A DNA stretch of 64,000 nt from Candidatus Omnitrophota bacterium (GTDB lineage Bacteria > Omnitrophota > Omnitrophia > Omnitrophales > JACROU01): assembly GCA_029261035.1 (NCBI GenBank), contig JAJDCD010000004.1:4765-68764 (forward strand), in the 5' to 3' direction. The position numbers and the translations under genes are program-made. The notes under the pieces were generated by a model, which saw nothing but the letters and a program-made list of their open reading frames with translations, did not search any database and was not told the DNA's origin. This document shows, in pieces, positions 11,129 to 23,641 of the stretch. How positions within the stretch are numbered: the first letter of the stretch is position 1; each line of letters begins with the position of its first letter.

Positions 11129-11875
11129 TTACACCAATAATTTGAATATGGAAGATAAAGCAACAAATGCTGTTTCTGCTCTTAAAATACTACTTCCTAA
11201 TTGCACAATAGAAACATTAGCAGCTTTCATACTCTGAATCTCTGATTCGGAGAAACCACCTTCAGGTCCAATCAACAACAAAATCTTTACAGGGCTAACT
11301 GACCCAGCTTGTTTTTGTAAGATTTTCTGAACTACTTCTTTCAGAACTAAAGCATCCCTATCCGGATGAAAAGCAAAACTATAATCAAACTCTGCCGTTT
11401 GTTCAAGCACCTTCTCTAAAGAACTTAATTCCCCTAGGGAAAATGGCCTAATATTTCCACTTTGTTTTCGAGCAGCTGTCAAAATCCTCTTCCACCGCTC
11501 TAGAACCTTTGAATAGGCACTTTGTTTTAATTGATATGCTGAAAACTCTGTCATTACAGGAATAAGCTCATGCAAACCAATCTCACAAGCCTTTTCAACC
11601 AACTCATCCATTTTCTGTTTATGTAAGAATCCTTGCGCTACAGAAAGAAGGATATTCTCTGGCTTTTTTTGAACTTCTTTCAAAATACGAACTTGCACTT
11701 TGGAATCACTAGAAATAGAAGATATCTCAGCTTCATATTCTTTTCCTGAGGAATCAAATACAAGCAGCTTGTCTCCTTCTGAAAACCGCAAAACTTTAAC
11801 TGCATGACGACTTTCTTCAGCATTCAACCAAAGACAACATTCTTCTTCTATGTGGTCAACAAAAAATCTTCTCAT
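11129..11875 (-). CDS. rsmE: 16S rRNA (uracil1498-N3)-methyltransferase RsmE
   Basis: 248 aa; MRRFFVDHIEEE...ESRHAVKVLRFSEGDKLLVFD and C-terminal GPEGGFSESEI motif typical of RsmE. Confidence 0.75.
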   Translation of the reverse strand: MRRFFVDHIEEECCLWLNAEESRHAVKVLRFSEGDKLLVFDSSGKEYEAEISSISSDSKVQVRILKEVQKKPENILLSVAQGFLHKQKMDELVEKACEIGLHELIPVMTEFSAYQLKQSAYSKVLERWKRILTAARKQSGNIRPFSLGELSSLEKVLEQTAEFDYSFAFHPDRDALVLKEVVQKILQKQAGSVSPVKILLLIGPEGGFSESEIQSMKAANVSIVQLGSSILRAETAFVALSSIFKLLV

Positions 11876-11919
11876 TGAATATTATTAATATCAGGAAGGA
11901 TCATAATTAGAAAAATAAA

Positions 11920-12171
11920 CTAACCTTCAACAACAACAGGCTCTTCTACCTCTCTACTGACTGGGGAAGTTTTTTTAACAACATGCGTTGCACAAAGGCC
12001 TCTGTCGCCCTCAATGGTATCAAACTCTACTTCTTCACCCTCTTCAAGTTTACGGTATCCATCTGATTGGATTTCGGTATAGTGAACAAATACTTCATTA
12101 CCATCTTCTGTTTCCAAAAAGCCGTACCCTTTAACATTGGAAAACCACTTTACCGAGCCTTTATTAGGCAT
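11920..12171 (-). CDS. cold-shock protein (CspA family)
   Basis: KGSVKWFSNVKGYGFLE...VFVHYTEI RNP motifs of cold-shock domain. Confidence 0.85.
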   Translation of the reverse strand: MPNKGSVKWFSNVKGYGFLETEDGNEVFVHYTEIQSDGYRKLEEGEEVEFDTIEGDRGLCATHVVKKTSPVSREVEEPVVVEG

Positions 12172-12187
12172 TAAATCTCCTTAAGAG

Positions 12188-12466
12188 TTATTTAACTTTA
12201 TACTTCAATACAAGACCAGGTTTAAAAACAACTACTTTTTTCTCTGGTACAGCAACTTCTTGACCTGTTCTTGGGTTTCGGCCCAATCTTCCTCTACGGT
12301 TTTTCACTTTGAAAACTCCAAAGTTTCTCAATTCAACCGTTTCACCTTTTTCAAGACTTTCCACAACAGCATCCAACGTTTTTTGGACAATTTTTTTGAC
12401 ATCAATCTGTGTCAAATTTGTATCGTTCGATACTTTAATGACAATGTCTTTTTTGGTCATAGTCAT
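12188..12466 (-). CDS. HU/IHF-family DNA-binding protein
   Basis: MTMTKKDIVIKVSNDTNLTQIDVKKIV...FGVFKVKNRRGRLGRNPRTGQEVAVPEKKVVVFKPG matches bacterial HU/IHF fold signature; start set at MTMTKKD (ORF opens at 12559). Confidence 0.8.
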   Translation of the reverse strand: MTMTKKDIVIKVSNDTNLTQIDVKKIVQKTLDAVVESLEKGETVELRNFGVFKVKNRRGRLGRNPRTGQEVAVPEKKVVVFKPGLVLKYKVK

Positions 12467-12704
12467 GGGTAAATCACCTTCCCTTCCAATCCAGAATTTG
12501 TAGTAACTTATTACAATACAAATAGTAACAAACTTTTCTGGGCCTGTCAAGAAGACCAATTCTATAACTTATTATAAATAAATGATTTACAATTTTGTGA
12601 AGCCGCCTCAAAATCACTCAAAATCATGGCAAATACCCATAATCAAAGAACTTAGCTCTATTACTAAAAGAGAAGGATCCCCAACTAAACCCAAATTCCT
12701 TATT

Positions 12705-15700
12705 TTAGGTTCTAACTCGGATGGACCCCTCACCCAAAACACCCTTCACCTGCTCAAACAACTCCTCGCTGGAATTAACACGAAAACTCTCTCCAGAACT
12801 CATAATTGTCTTCTTACCTTTAGCATCTTGAAAGGTTAAGTAAACAGGTGTCGACCCTCTATGGTCTAGTAATATTTGTCTCACTTGTTCTAAAATCTTT
12901 TTGTCCAAACCTGGAGTACTTAAATCTATGGTTAAAACACGCGTTAATTTTTTTGTCGCCTCTTCTAATGGAAAAATGTCTGTGGCAATCACAGATGCAA
13001 TATCTTCTCTTAAATTAATTCTTCCTTTTAAAAAAATAGTTTGGTCTTCAATCAAAAGAGATTGTACCTTTTCATAAATATCCGAAAAAACAACAATTTC
13101 ACAAGCCCCGTCCAAATCTTCAAGTGTAACAAAAGCCATTTTACGACCTCTTTTAGTCATAATTTCTTTTGAAGTTTGAATAAGCCCTCCCATACTCACT
13201 TCTTCTTGGTCCTTAAACTCCCCTAGATTAGAAGACGTCGCAGAAGTATATGTATCCAAAATCTTAGAATAGCGTGTTAACGGATGAGAAGTTACATAGA
13301 AACCCAACATCTCTTTTTCATATGCCAATAATTGACTCTCAGGCCACTCTTCAATTGCAGGCATCTCTGCTAAATCAGCCTCAAAGGATGAGTTTTCATC
13401 CATAACATCAAATAAAGATGTCTGTCCTAAATTCCGATCCTTTTGTCGTTGATTCGCCATATCAAGAGATCGATCGAGTACAGCCATCAACTGCGCTCTT
13501 TTGTTTCCAAAACTATCAAAAGCACCTGCCTTAATTAAACTTTCAAATACTTTCCGATTCACCACTCTTAAATCTACGTTTTGAGTAAATTGAAAAATAG
13601 ACTTATACTCCCCATGGTCTTTTCTAGACTCCACAATAGCTTCAATAGCAGCGATCCCCACATTTTTTACAGCAGACATTCCAAAACGGATTTCATTATC
13701 CGTACAAGTAAAAACAGAATCACTTTCATTCACCGAAGGGGGTAACACCCCTATCCCTAAACGCTTAGCTTCATCAATATATCTAACTAACTTATCCGTG
13801 TTATCTTTTTCCGAAGTCAACAAAGCCGTCATAAATTCAATAGCATAATTTGCTTTTAAATACGCCGTCTGAAATGAAACAACTGCATAAGCTGCTGAAT
13901 GCGATTTGTTAAAACCATACCCTGCGAAATACTCAATCAAACTCCAGATTTTTTCAGCTACTTTCACACTCACTTTATTAGCTTTTGCACCTTCAAGAAA
14001 TTCAATACGTTGCCTCTCCATAACTTCTGGAATTTTTTTACCAATCGCACGACGTAATAAATCTGCTTTTGCCAAATTAAAACCTGCCAATTTACTCACG
14101 ATCTGCATCACCTGTTCTTGATATAGAATAACACCATACGTTTCTTTTAAAATGGTCTCCAAATCAGGATGATCGTATTGAATAAGGGATGCATCTTGCC
14201 TTCTTCGGATAAAATCATCGACCATACCACTTCCCAAAGGACCTGGTCGGTATAGAGCTAACAAAGCTACAATATCTTCAAATTGAGAAGGTTTCATTTT
14301 TTTTAAAATATCTCTCATTCCAGAACTTTCCAACTGAAACACACCAAATGTCTCTCCATTTGCTAACAGCTCATAAGTTTTATCATCTTCGAAAGACATC
14401 GTAGAAAAATCAATTTCTACATTAAGATTCTTTTTTAGAATTTTTAATGTCTCATCAATAACCGTCAATGTCTTCAGACCCAAAAAATCCATTTTCAACA
14501 AACCTATTTTTTCTACAGCCCCCATAGAATACTGAGTGGAAACAATATCTCCTTGTTTAAAAAGAGGTACATACTCTGGTAAAGGAGCATCTGAAATCAC
14601 AACACCCGCAGCATGGGTCGATGCGTGGCGAGTATTCCCTTCTAACATCTTAGAAACATCCATTAAATCCTTAATTTTAGGATCCGAATGAACTTGCTTC
14701 TTCAGTTTAGGCTCTTTCTTTAAAGCCTGCGCCAAAGTAATATTCAATTCCATAGGAATCAGCTTTGCAACCAGGTCGACATCTCCATACGGTATTCCCA
14801 TAATACGCCCCACATCGCGTATCACACCTCGAGCAGCCATGGTTCCAAAAGTAATAATTTGAGCCACATTCTCAGTCCCATATTTTTTCTTAACATATTC
14901 AATCACTTCGTCACGACGAGCGTAACAAAAGTCGATATCGATATCGGGCATACTTACACGGTCTGGGTTCAAAAACCGTTCAAAAATCAATCCATATTGA
15001 ATAGGATCCAAGCTTGTAATCCCCAAAGAAAAAGCAACAATACTCCCGGCAGCTGAACCTCTACCAGGCCCTACAGGAATATCATTTTCACGGGCATAAC
15101 GAATAAAATCCCATACAATTAAAAAGTAACTGACATAACCCATCTTTTCGATGATAGTTAACTCATAATCCAGTCTATCTTGATATTTCTTAGTTAACTT
15201 TCCTACTCTTTCATTTAATCCTGCATCACATAATTCTCTAAGATATTTTTCTTTTGTTTTTTTCTCAGGAGGAGTAAATAGTGGAAGGTGGAACTTACCA
15301 AATTCCAATTCAACATTGCATTGATTAGCAATCTCGTGTGTCGTTTCTAAACTCTCGGGAAAATCTTTAAATAAAGATTTCATTTCATCTTGGGACTTTA
15401 AATAATAATCATCCGAAGACATTCTCAATCGCGCAGGATCATCTAAAGTGGACCCCGACTGAATACAAATCAAAGCCTCTAAAGACCTAGCATCTTTTCG
15501 ATGAACATAATGCACATCATTTGAAGCAACAAGTTTTGCTCCTAATTTTTTCGAAAGAGAACTCAGACCTTCTCTAATTTGAGCTTCTTCAGGAATTCCA
15601 TGATTCTGAATTTCTAAATAAAAATTATCTTCACCTAAACAATCCTGATACTCTTTTATCGTGTTCTCAGCTTCCTCAAATCGTTCTCGAGAAACATAAT

Positions 15701-16139
15701 AACCTGTCTCTCCTTTCAAACCAGAAGAAAGTCCAATTAAACCTTCCCCATATTCTTTTAAAGTTTCCTTATCTATTCGAGGCTTGTAATAAAAACCCTC
15801 GGTATAAGCAAGACTTGCTAATCTCATCAGGTTTTTATAACCCGTTTCGTTTTTTGCCAAAAGAACTAAACGGAAGGAAGCATCTTTAATACCATGCGTA
15901 GAACGCTCAAATCGGGAGCTCGGAGCCACGTAAGCTTCATAACCAAGAATAGGCTTTATTCCTTGGTTCATACATTCTTGATAAAACTCGATTGCCCCAA
16001 ACATGTTGCCATAATCAGTCATAGCCAATGCTGGAAAACCTAGCTTTACGGCTTGGCTCACAAGGTCTTTGATTTTACACGCCCCTTCTAAGAGGCTGTA
16101 TTGAGTATGAAGATGAAGATGTACAAAACGTTTATGCAT
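12705..16139 (-). CDS. dnaE: DNA polymerase III alpha subunit
   Basis: PHP domain FVHLHLHTQYSLLEGA, polymerase core (PDIDIDF, GLLKMDFLGLKTLT), OB-fold tail; start at MHKRF (the ORF's upstream extension only translates a palindromic repeat). Confidence 0.9.
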   Translation of the reverse strand: MHKRFVHLHLHTQYSLLEGACKIKDLVSQAVKLGFPALAMTDYGNMFGAIEFYQECMNQGIKPILGYEAYVAPSSRFERSTHGIKDASFRLVLLAKNETGYKNLMRLASLAYTEGFYYKPRIDKETLKEYGEGLIGLSSGLKGETGYYVSRERFEEAENTIKEYQDCLGEDNFYLEIQNHGIPEEAQIREGLSSLSKKLGAKLVASNDVHYVHRKDARSLEALICIQSGSTLDDPARLRMSSDDYYLKSQDEMKSLFKDFPESLETTHEIANQCNVELEFGKFHLPLFTPPEKKTKEKYLRELCDAGLNERVGKLTKKYQDRLDYELTIIEKMGYVSYFLIVWDFIRYARENDIPVGPGRGSAAGSIVAFSLGITSLDPIQYGLIFERFLNPDRVSMPDIDIDFCYARRDEVIEYVKKKYGTENVAQIITFGTMAARGVIRDVGRIMGIPYGDVDLVAKLIPMELNITLAQALKKEPKLKKQVHSDPKIKDLMDVSKMLEGNTRHASTHAAGVVISDAPLPEYVPLFKQGDIVSTQYSMGAVEKIGLLKMDFLGLKTLTVIDETLKILKKNLNVEIDFSTMSFEDDKTYELLANGETFGVFQLESSGMRDILKKMKPSQFEDIVALLALYRPGPLGSGMVDDFIRRRQDASLIQYDHPDLETILKETYGVILYQEQVMQIVSKLAGFNLAKADLLRRAIGKKIPEVMERQRIEFLEGAKANKVSVKVAEKIWSLIEYFAGYGFNKSHSAAYAVVSFQTAYLKANYAIEFMTALLTSEKDNTDKLVRYIDEAKRLGIGVLPPSVNESDSVFTCTDNEIRFGMSAVKNVGIAAIEAIVESRKDHGEYKSIFQFTQNVDLRVVNRKVFESLIKAGAFDSFGNKRAQLMAVLDRSLDMANQRQKDRNLGQTSLFDVMDENSSFEADLAEMPAIEEWPESQLLAYEKEMLGFYVTSHPLTRYSKILDTYTSATSSNLGEFKDQEEVSMGGLIQTSKEIMTKRGRKMAFVTLEDLDGACEIVVFSDIYEKVQSLLIEDQTIFLKGRINLREDIASVIATDIFPLEEATKKLTRVLTIDLSTPGLDKKILEQVRQILLDHRGSTPVYLTFQDAKGKKTIMSSGESFRVNSSEELFEQVKGVLGEGSIRVRT

Positions 16140-16165
16140 AATGAGGTTCGTATGGGTTAAACGTT

Positions 16166-16197
16166 GGTCCGTGACAGTCACTGAAGTGACAGTCACC
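16166..16197. repeat. GTGACAGTCAC palindrome pair (half-element) upstream of dnaE
   Basis: ttggtccgtgacagtcactgaagtgacagtcaccac; same unit recurs upstream of groEL, groES and the groEL paralog. Confidence 0.7.
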
Positions 16198-16271
16198 ACT
16201 AGCGCAACGCTGGTTTGTGATAACGTGTTCGATTAAATGCTGCTCTGTTGTCTGCAAGCCTTCAGGCTTGC

Positions 16272-17807
16272 TTATTCCCATTCAATTGTGGCAGGTGGTT
16301 TTGAAGATATGTCGTAGCAAACGCGGTTAATCCCTTTTACCTCGTTAATAATACGATTCGATATACGAGCCAAAACGTCGTAGGGCAACTTAGCCCAATC
16401 TGCTGTCATACCATCTTGGCTCGTTACTGCTCTAAAAGCCACAGCATTCTCATACGTTCTTTCATCCCCCATCACGCCCACACTTTGAATCGGTAGTAAA
16501 ACTGTAAATGCTTGCCATACTTTAGAATAAGTCTTCGAATTTCTAAGTTCTTCAATAGCAATATGATCTGCTTTCCTCAATAAATCACAGCGTTCTTTTG
16601 TGATATCCCCCAAAATCCGTACAGCAAGACCTGGGCCTGGAAATGGGTGCCTATCGATTAAATCACTATGAAGTCCTAATTTTCTTCCAATAACACGAAC
16701 CTCATCCTTAAACAATTCACGCAAAGGTTCTATTAATTTAAATTTTAAATCCTTAGGAAGTCCCCCAACATTATGATGACTCTTAATGACGGCTGTAGGT
16801 CCACCATGAGCAGAAACCGATTCGATCACATCTGGATAAAGTGTGCCTTGCGCTAAGTATTTTACTTTTCCAATCCTACGCGCTTCTTTAGCAAAAACAT
16901 CAATAAAAACATGGCCAATAATTTTTCGTTTCTTCTCTGGATCTGACACATTCTTTAATTTTTTCAAAAACAGATCTTCCGACTTAGCAACTTTAAGATC
17001 AATACGGTAATGTTTTTTAAATAAGTCGACAACAGCTTCTCTTTCATACAATCGAAGCAAGCCATTATCAACAAAAATTGCCTTCAATTGTTTTCCAATA
17101 GCTTTATGGATCAAAACAGCAGCAACCGAAGAATCAACGCCACCAGACAAACCTAAAACAACGTTATCTTTTCCAACGGTTTCTTTAATTTGTTTAATAG
17201 ATTCTTTAATAAAATTAGCGGGTGTCCAATTAGGCTTCAGCCCCGCAATACGAAACAAGAAGTTAGAAATAATCTTAGCTCCTTGAGGTGTATGAACCAC
17301 CTCTGGATGAAACTGAACACCATAAATTTTTCGTTTAGAATCTTTCATACTAGCGATAGGAGAATTAGAAGTATGTGCAAGTCGTTTAAACCCAGGAGGT
17401 AAACGATCAATATGATCTCCATGGCTCATCCAACAATTAAGCTTCTTCCCCAAACCATAAAATAAGTCTGTTCGATCATTCACTAAAAGAGCGGCTGGTC
17501 CATACTCTCTAAGCTTCGTTTTGCGCACCTTACCTTTAAAATGATACCCCAAGAATTGCATTCCATAACATATTCCAAGAACAGGAACACCTAAATCAAA
17601 AATGCGTTTATCAGGAAGAGGAGCTTTCTTTGCGTACACATTAGAAGGCCCACCAGAAAGAATAATAGCTTTTGGATTGATTTCTTTGATTTTTTTAAAA
17701 GAGATATTGTAGGGATGGATTAAACTAAAAACCTTGGCTTCACGCACTCTTCTAGCAATTAGCTGTGTATACTGTGAACCAAAATCTAGAATTAAAACTT
17801 TATCCAT
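16272..17807 (-). CDS. guaA: GMP synthase (glutamine-hydrolysing)
   Basis: N-terminal GATase ([25 protein letters not shown]) plus ATP-PPase SGGVDSSV motif; 511 aa. Confidence 0.9.
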   Translation of the reverse strand: MDKVLILDFGSQYTQLIARRVREAKVFSLIHPYNISFKKIKEINPKAIILSGGPSNVYAKKAPLPDKRIFDLGVPVLGICYGMQFLGYHFKGKVRKTKLREYGPAALLVNDRTDLFYGLGKKLNCWMSHGDHIDRLPPGFKRLAHTSNSPIASMKDSKRKIYGVQFHPEVVHTPQGAKIISNFLFRIAGLKPNWTPANFIKESIKQIKETVGKDNVVLGLSGGVDSSVAAVLIHKAIGKQLKAIFVDNGLLRLYEREAVVDLFKKHYRIDLKVAKSEDLFLKKLKNVSDPEKKRKIIGHVFIDVFAKEARRIGKVKYLAQGTLYPDVIESVSAHGGPTAVIKSHHNVGGLPKDLKFKLIEPLRELFKDEVRVIGRKLGLHSDLIDRHPFPGPGLAVRILGDITKERCDLLRKADHIAIEELRNSKTYSKVWQAFTVLLPIQSVGVMGDERTYENAVAFRAVTSQDGMTADWAKLPYDVLARISNRIINEVKGINRVCYDISSKPPATIEWE

Positions 17808-17823
17808 TATTTTCTCTTGTCAT

Positions 17824-17940
17824 TGTAGCGCATAGCGTAGAGCGTTTAGCGGATAGAAAAACTAAAAGCAAAAACAAAACTCATAAAATCTATTTCTGAC
17901 CAAGGATCCTATACGCTCTACGCTAAACGCTACCCGCTAG
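17824..17940. repeat. inverted-repeat element (agcgtagagcgtttagcgg arms), family A copy 1
   Basis: Left arm tagcgcatagcgtagagcgtttagcggatag (17826-17856) and right arm ctatacgctctacgctaaacgctacccgctag (17909-17940); related copy at 23549-23640. Confidence 0.65.
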
Positions 17941-17943
17941 TTG

Positions 17944-19107
17944 TTATTTTTTTCCCATTCCAACTTTTTGTGCAGACTGAAAAACCTTACCTTCTGTTTG
18001 AATCGAAGGAGCAATAATAATTTCAGCTAATTGAAATTCTCTAATATTTTGAGCTCCAATATTTCCCATACAAGTTCTGATAGCCCCAACCAAGTTCTGA
18101 GTTCCATCGTCTAAACGTGCTGGCCCATAAAGAATTTCTTCCAAGGATCCAGTTGTTCCAACTCTAATACGAGTTCCTCTTGGCAGATTAGCGTGTGGCG
18201 TTGCCATTCCCCAGTGAAAACCACGACCTGGAGCTTCTTGGGTACGCGCAAAAGCAGAACCAACCATCACCCCATCCGAACCGGATGCAAATGCTTTACA
18301 AACATCTCCACCAGTAGACATGCCTCCGTCAGTAATAATAGGAACGTAACGACCTGTTTTCTTATAGTAGTATTCTCTTGCCGCAGAACAATCTACTGTT
18401 GCTGTAACCTGCGGAACACCAATACCCAAAACTCCACGAGTGGTACATGCCGCACCTGGCCCAATACCAATTAAGAGACCTGCTACCCCAGTTTCCATCA
18501 ACTCTAAACAAACCTTATATGTAACACAATTTCCAACCACAACAGGAATCTTAAGATCTTTACAAAGGTCGGCAAAATTAACAACCTGATAGGCTTTAGA
18601 AATATGTTTGACTGTAGTCACTGTAGATTGAACAAAAAAAGCATCACAACCCGCTTCTTCAGCAATCTTACCGAACTTAGGAGCGTTTTGAGGAATGGTG
18701 CTAACAGCACAAGTTACACCCGCTTTTTTAATCTCTTCTACTCTTTGACTAATTAATTTTTCCTGAATCGGTTTGGTGTATAACTTTTGAACTAATTCTG
18801 TAGCTCGCTCTGTACTTGCATCTGCAATTTCATTCAGAATAGATTCTGTATCTTCATAACGCGTTTGAATTCCTTCTAAATTTAAAACTGCAAGACCACC
18901 TAATTTTCCCATAGCAATTGCAAACTTAGTATCCACAACTCCATCCATAGCAGAAGCGATAACCGGAATATCTAACTCAACCCCACCTAAATTTAAAGAA
19001 ATATCTACTTCATCAGGATTCAAAGTCACATCCCCTGGAACCAATGCAATTTCATCAAAACCATAACAACGTCTAGCCTTACGACCTTTACCTAGCCACT
19101 CTGCCAT
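17944..19107 (-). CDS. IMP dehydrogenase-family protein lacking CBS subdomain
   Basis: TIM-barrel IMPDH/GMPR motifs incl. catalytic-loop GIGPGAACTTRGVLGIGVPQ; 387 aa is too short for a CBS pair; adjacent to guaA. Confidence 0.75.
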   Translation of the reverse strand: MAEWLGKGRKARRCYGFDEIALVPGDVTLNPDEVDISLNLGGVELDIPVIASAMDGVVDTKFAIAMGKLGGLAVLNLEGIQTRYEDTESILNEIADASTERATELVQKLYTKPIQEKLISQRVEEIKKAGVTCAVSTIPQNAPKFGKIAEEAGCDAFFVQSTVTTVKHISKAYQVVNFADLCKDLKIPVVVGNCVTYKVCLELMETGVAGLLIGIGPGAACTTRGVLGIGVPQVTATVDCSAAREYYYKKTGRYVPIITDGGMSTGGDVCKAFASGSDGVMVGSAFARTQEAPGRGFHWGMATPHANLPRGTRIRVGTTGSLEEILYGPARLDDGTQNLVGAIRTCMGNIGAQNIREFQLAEIIIAPSIQTEGKVFQSAQKVGMGKK

Positions 19108-19280
19108 AATATAAAGTCCTCCTGTAGAAAATAAGGAAAAAAGAGCTTATTTCATGTTTCAAAAATGATAAATATTAGAATTCCTTCACTCCGTTAGGAT
19201 GACACGGAAGCGGTAGAAGAATCCGACAATCATATCGAAGTATGGGGTTTTAGTAAAGGGTTTTTTAGCCTTAAAATGAG

Positions 19281-19390
19281 TCATTGCGAGGTATTTCCAA
19301 AATGAGCCGCGGCAATCTCAGATAGAATGGGCTTATTAGTAAATATCCCGAGATTGCCGCGACTCCAGTCTCACCTACCTCGCAATGACA
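19281..19390. repeat. nested inverted-repeat element, family B (tcattgcgagg / gagccgcggcaatctc arms)
   Basis: Outer IR tcattgcgagg...cctcgcaatgaca and inner IR gagccgcggcaatctc...gagattgccgcgactc; half-copy at 48284-48326. Confidence 0.65.
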
Positions 19391-19393
19391 TCG

Positions 19394-19440
19394 TAAAAAA
19401 AAGCATAAAAAAAGGGGTTCCCAAAATGAGGAACCCCTTA
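19394..19440 (-). terminator. rho-independent terminator after groEL paralog
   Basis: 10-bp perfect stem aaggggttcc/ggaacccctt (19412-19439) with loop caaaatga; on the minus strand it is followed by a T-run (complement of aaaaaaaagcataaaaaaa). Confidence 0.7.
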
Positions 19441-19477
19441 AAACTAAAAGCCAAAAACCAATAGCTAAAAACCGTTT

Positions 19478-21210
<1,733 letters not shown>

Positions 21211-21215
21211 AATCA

Positions 21216-21503
21216 CTATTCAAAAACTGCTAAGATTTCATTTTCTTTTAAAATTTTATGCTTTGTTCCTTCAATAACGATTTCATCTCCGGAATATTTT
21301 CCAAAAATAACTTTATCACCTGCTTTAACTTCAAGAGGTTGAAAGCTTCCGCTTTCCAAAGATTTTCCAGGACCTACAGCAACAACTTTACCTTCCGTCT
21401 TTTCTTCTTTAGCTGTATCTGGAAGAATAATTCCACCTTTGGTTTTTTCTTCAGCTTTTAAAACTTCAACTAATACTTTATCGCCTAATGGTTTTACTTT
21501 CAT
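21216..21503 (-). CDS. groES: co-chaperonin GroES
   Basis: [44 protein letters not shown] canonical Cpn10; start at MKVKPL. Confidence 0.9.
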   Translation of the reverse strand: [95 protein letters not shown]

Positions 21504-21535
21504 TTTTCTTTCTCCTTTGTCTATCTGAGTTATAA

Positions 21536-21632
21536 GTTGGTCCGTGACAGTCACTGAAGTGACAGTCACCACGAAACTAATCTTTGTTATCAAATTTAAA
21601 AGTGACTGTCACCTTGGTGACTGTCACTTTTA
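21536..21632. repeat. GTGACAGTCAC x2 - spacer - GTGACTGTCAC x2 palindrome array between groEL and groES
   Basis: gtgacagtcac at 21545 and 21560; gtgactgtcac at 21603 and 21618; two halves are reverse complements, so it can form a long hairpin. Confidence 0.75.
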
Positions 21633-21666
21633 AGTACCTAAAAGCCAAAAAGATGCTTAGCACTTT

Positions 21667-23343
<1,677 letters not shown>

Positions 23344-23375
23344 TTATCTCCTTAGATTTATTTCTATTTTAAACA

Positions 23376-23458
23376 TTGATCCGTGACAGTCACTAAAGTG
23401 ACAGTCACCACGAAACTAAACTTATTTAAGTGACTGTCACCTTGGTGACTGTCACTGG
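23376..23458. repeat. GTGACAGTCAC x2 - spacer - GTGACTGTCAC x2 palindrome array in groEL leader
   Basis: gtgacagtcac at 23384 and 23398; gtgactgtcac at 23430 and 23445; sits between CIRCE and the groEL start. Confidence 0.75.
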
Positions 23459-23469
23459 CTTTTTCTTTA

Positions 23470-23496
23470 TTAGCACTCTTTGCATCTGAGTGCTAA
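23470..23496. promoter_or_regulatory. CIRCE operator (HrcA binding site)
   Basis: ttagcactc-N9-gagtgctaa perfect match to the CIRCE consensus TTAGCACTC-N9-GAGTGCTAA, 133 nt upstream of groEL. Confidence 0.85.
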
Positions 23497-23505
23497 GGGA
23501 AAGAT

Positions 23506-23533
23506 ATTCTATTTATATATAGTTTTTCGTCAA
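23506..23533 (-). promoter_or_regulatory. sigma70-like promoter (TTGACG-N16-TAGAAT) just upstream of CIRCE
   Basis: Reverse complement reads TTGACGaaaaactatatataaaTAGAAT, immediately 5-prime of CIRCE on the minus strand, typical heat-shock promoter/operator layout. Confidence 0.5.
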
Positions 23534-23548
23534 GTAAAAAAATAATAA

Positions 23549-23640
23549 TAGCAGGGAGCGTAGAGCATTTAGCGAATAGGCCCTATGTCTTTTTCAAGAC
23601 AAATGATCCTATCCGCTCTACTCTAAACGCTATCCGCTAG
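23549..23640. repeat. inverted-repeat element family A copy 2
   Basis: agggagcgtagagcatttagcgaatagg ... atcctatccgctctactctaaacgctatccgctag; ends 1 nt before giant gene 1 stop codon; homologous to 17824-17940. Confidence 0.65.
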
Positions 23641-23641
23641 T

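Noticed and set aside
12582-12839. 85-aa plus-strand ORF between HU gene and dnaE
   Set aside because: Overlaps the dnaE 3-prime end antisense and the intergenic region; no RBS, composition atypical.
16140-16199. N-terminal extensions of the dnaE, groES and groEL-paralog ORFs translating as VTVTSVTVTDQ
   Set aside because: These codons are the GTGACAGTCAC palindromic repeats read in-frame. The conserved native N-termini (MHKRF.., MKVKPLGD.., MAKQLAF..) start downstream, so the extensions are ORF-caller artefacts.
16246-16263. Hairpin gcaagcc-ttca-ggcttgc downstream of guaA
   Set aside because: Short stem without a U-tract on the transcribed (minus) strand; weak as a terminator, not reported as a feature.
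21648-21666. ttagcact sequence near the groEL 3-prime end that resembles a CIRCE half-site
   Set aside because: No partner gagtgctaa half at 9-nt spacing; it is part of the groEL coding 3-prime end, not an operator.
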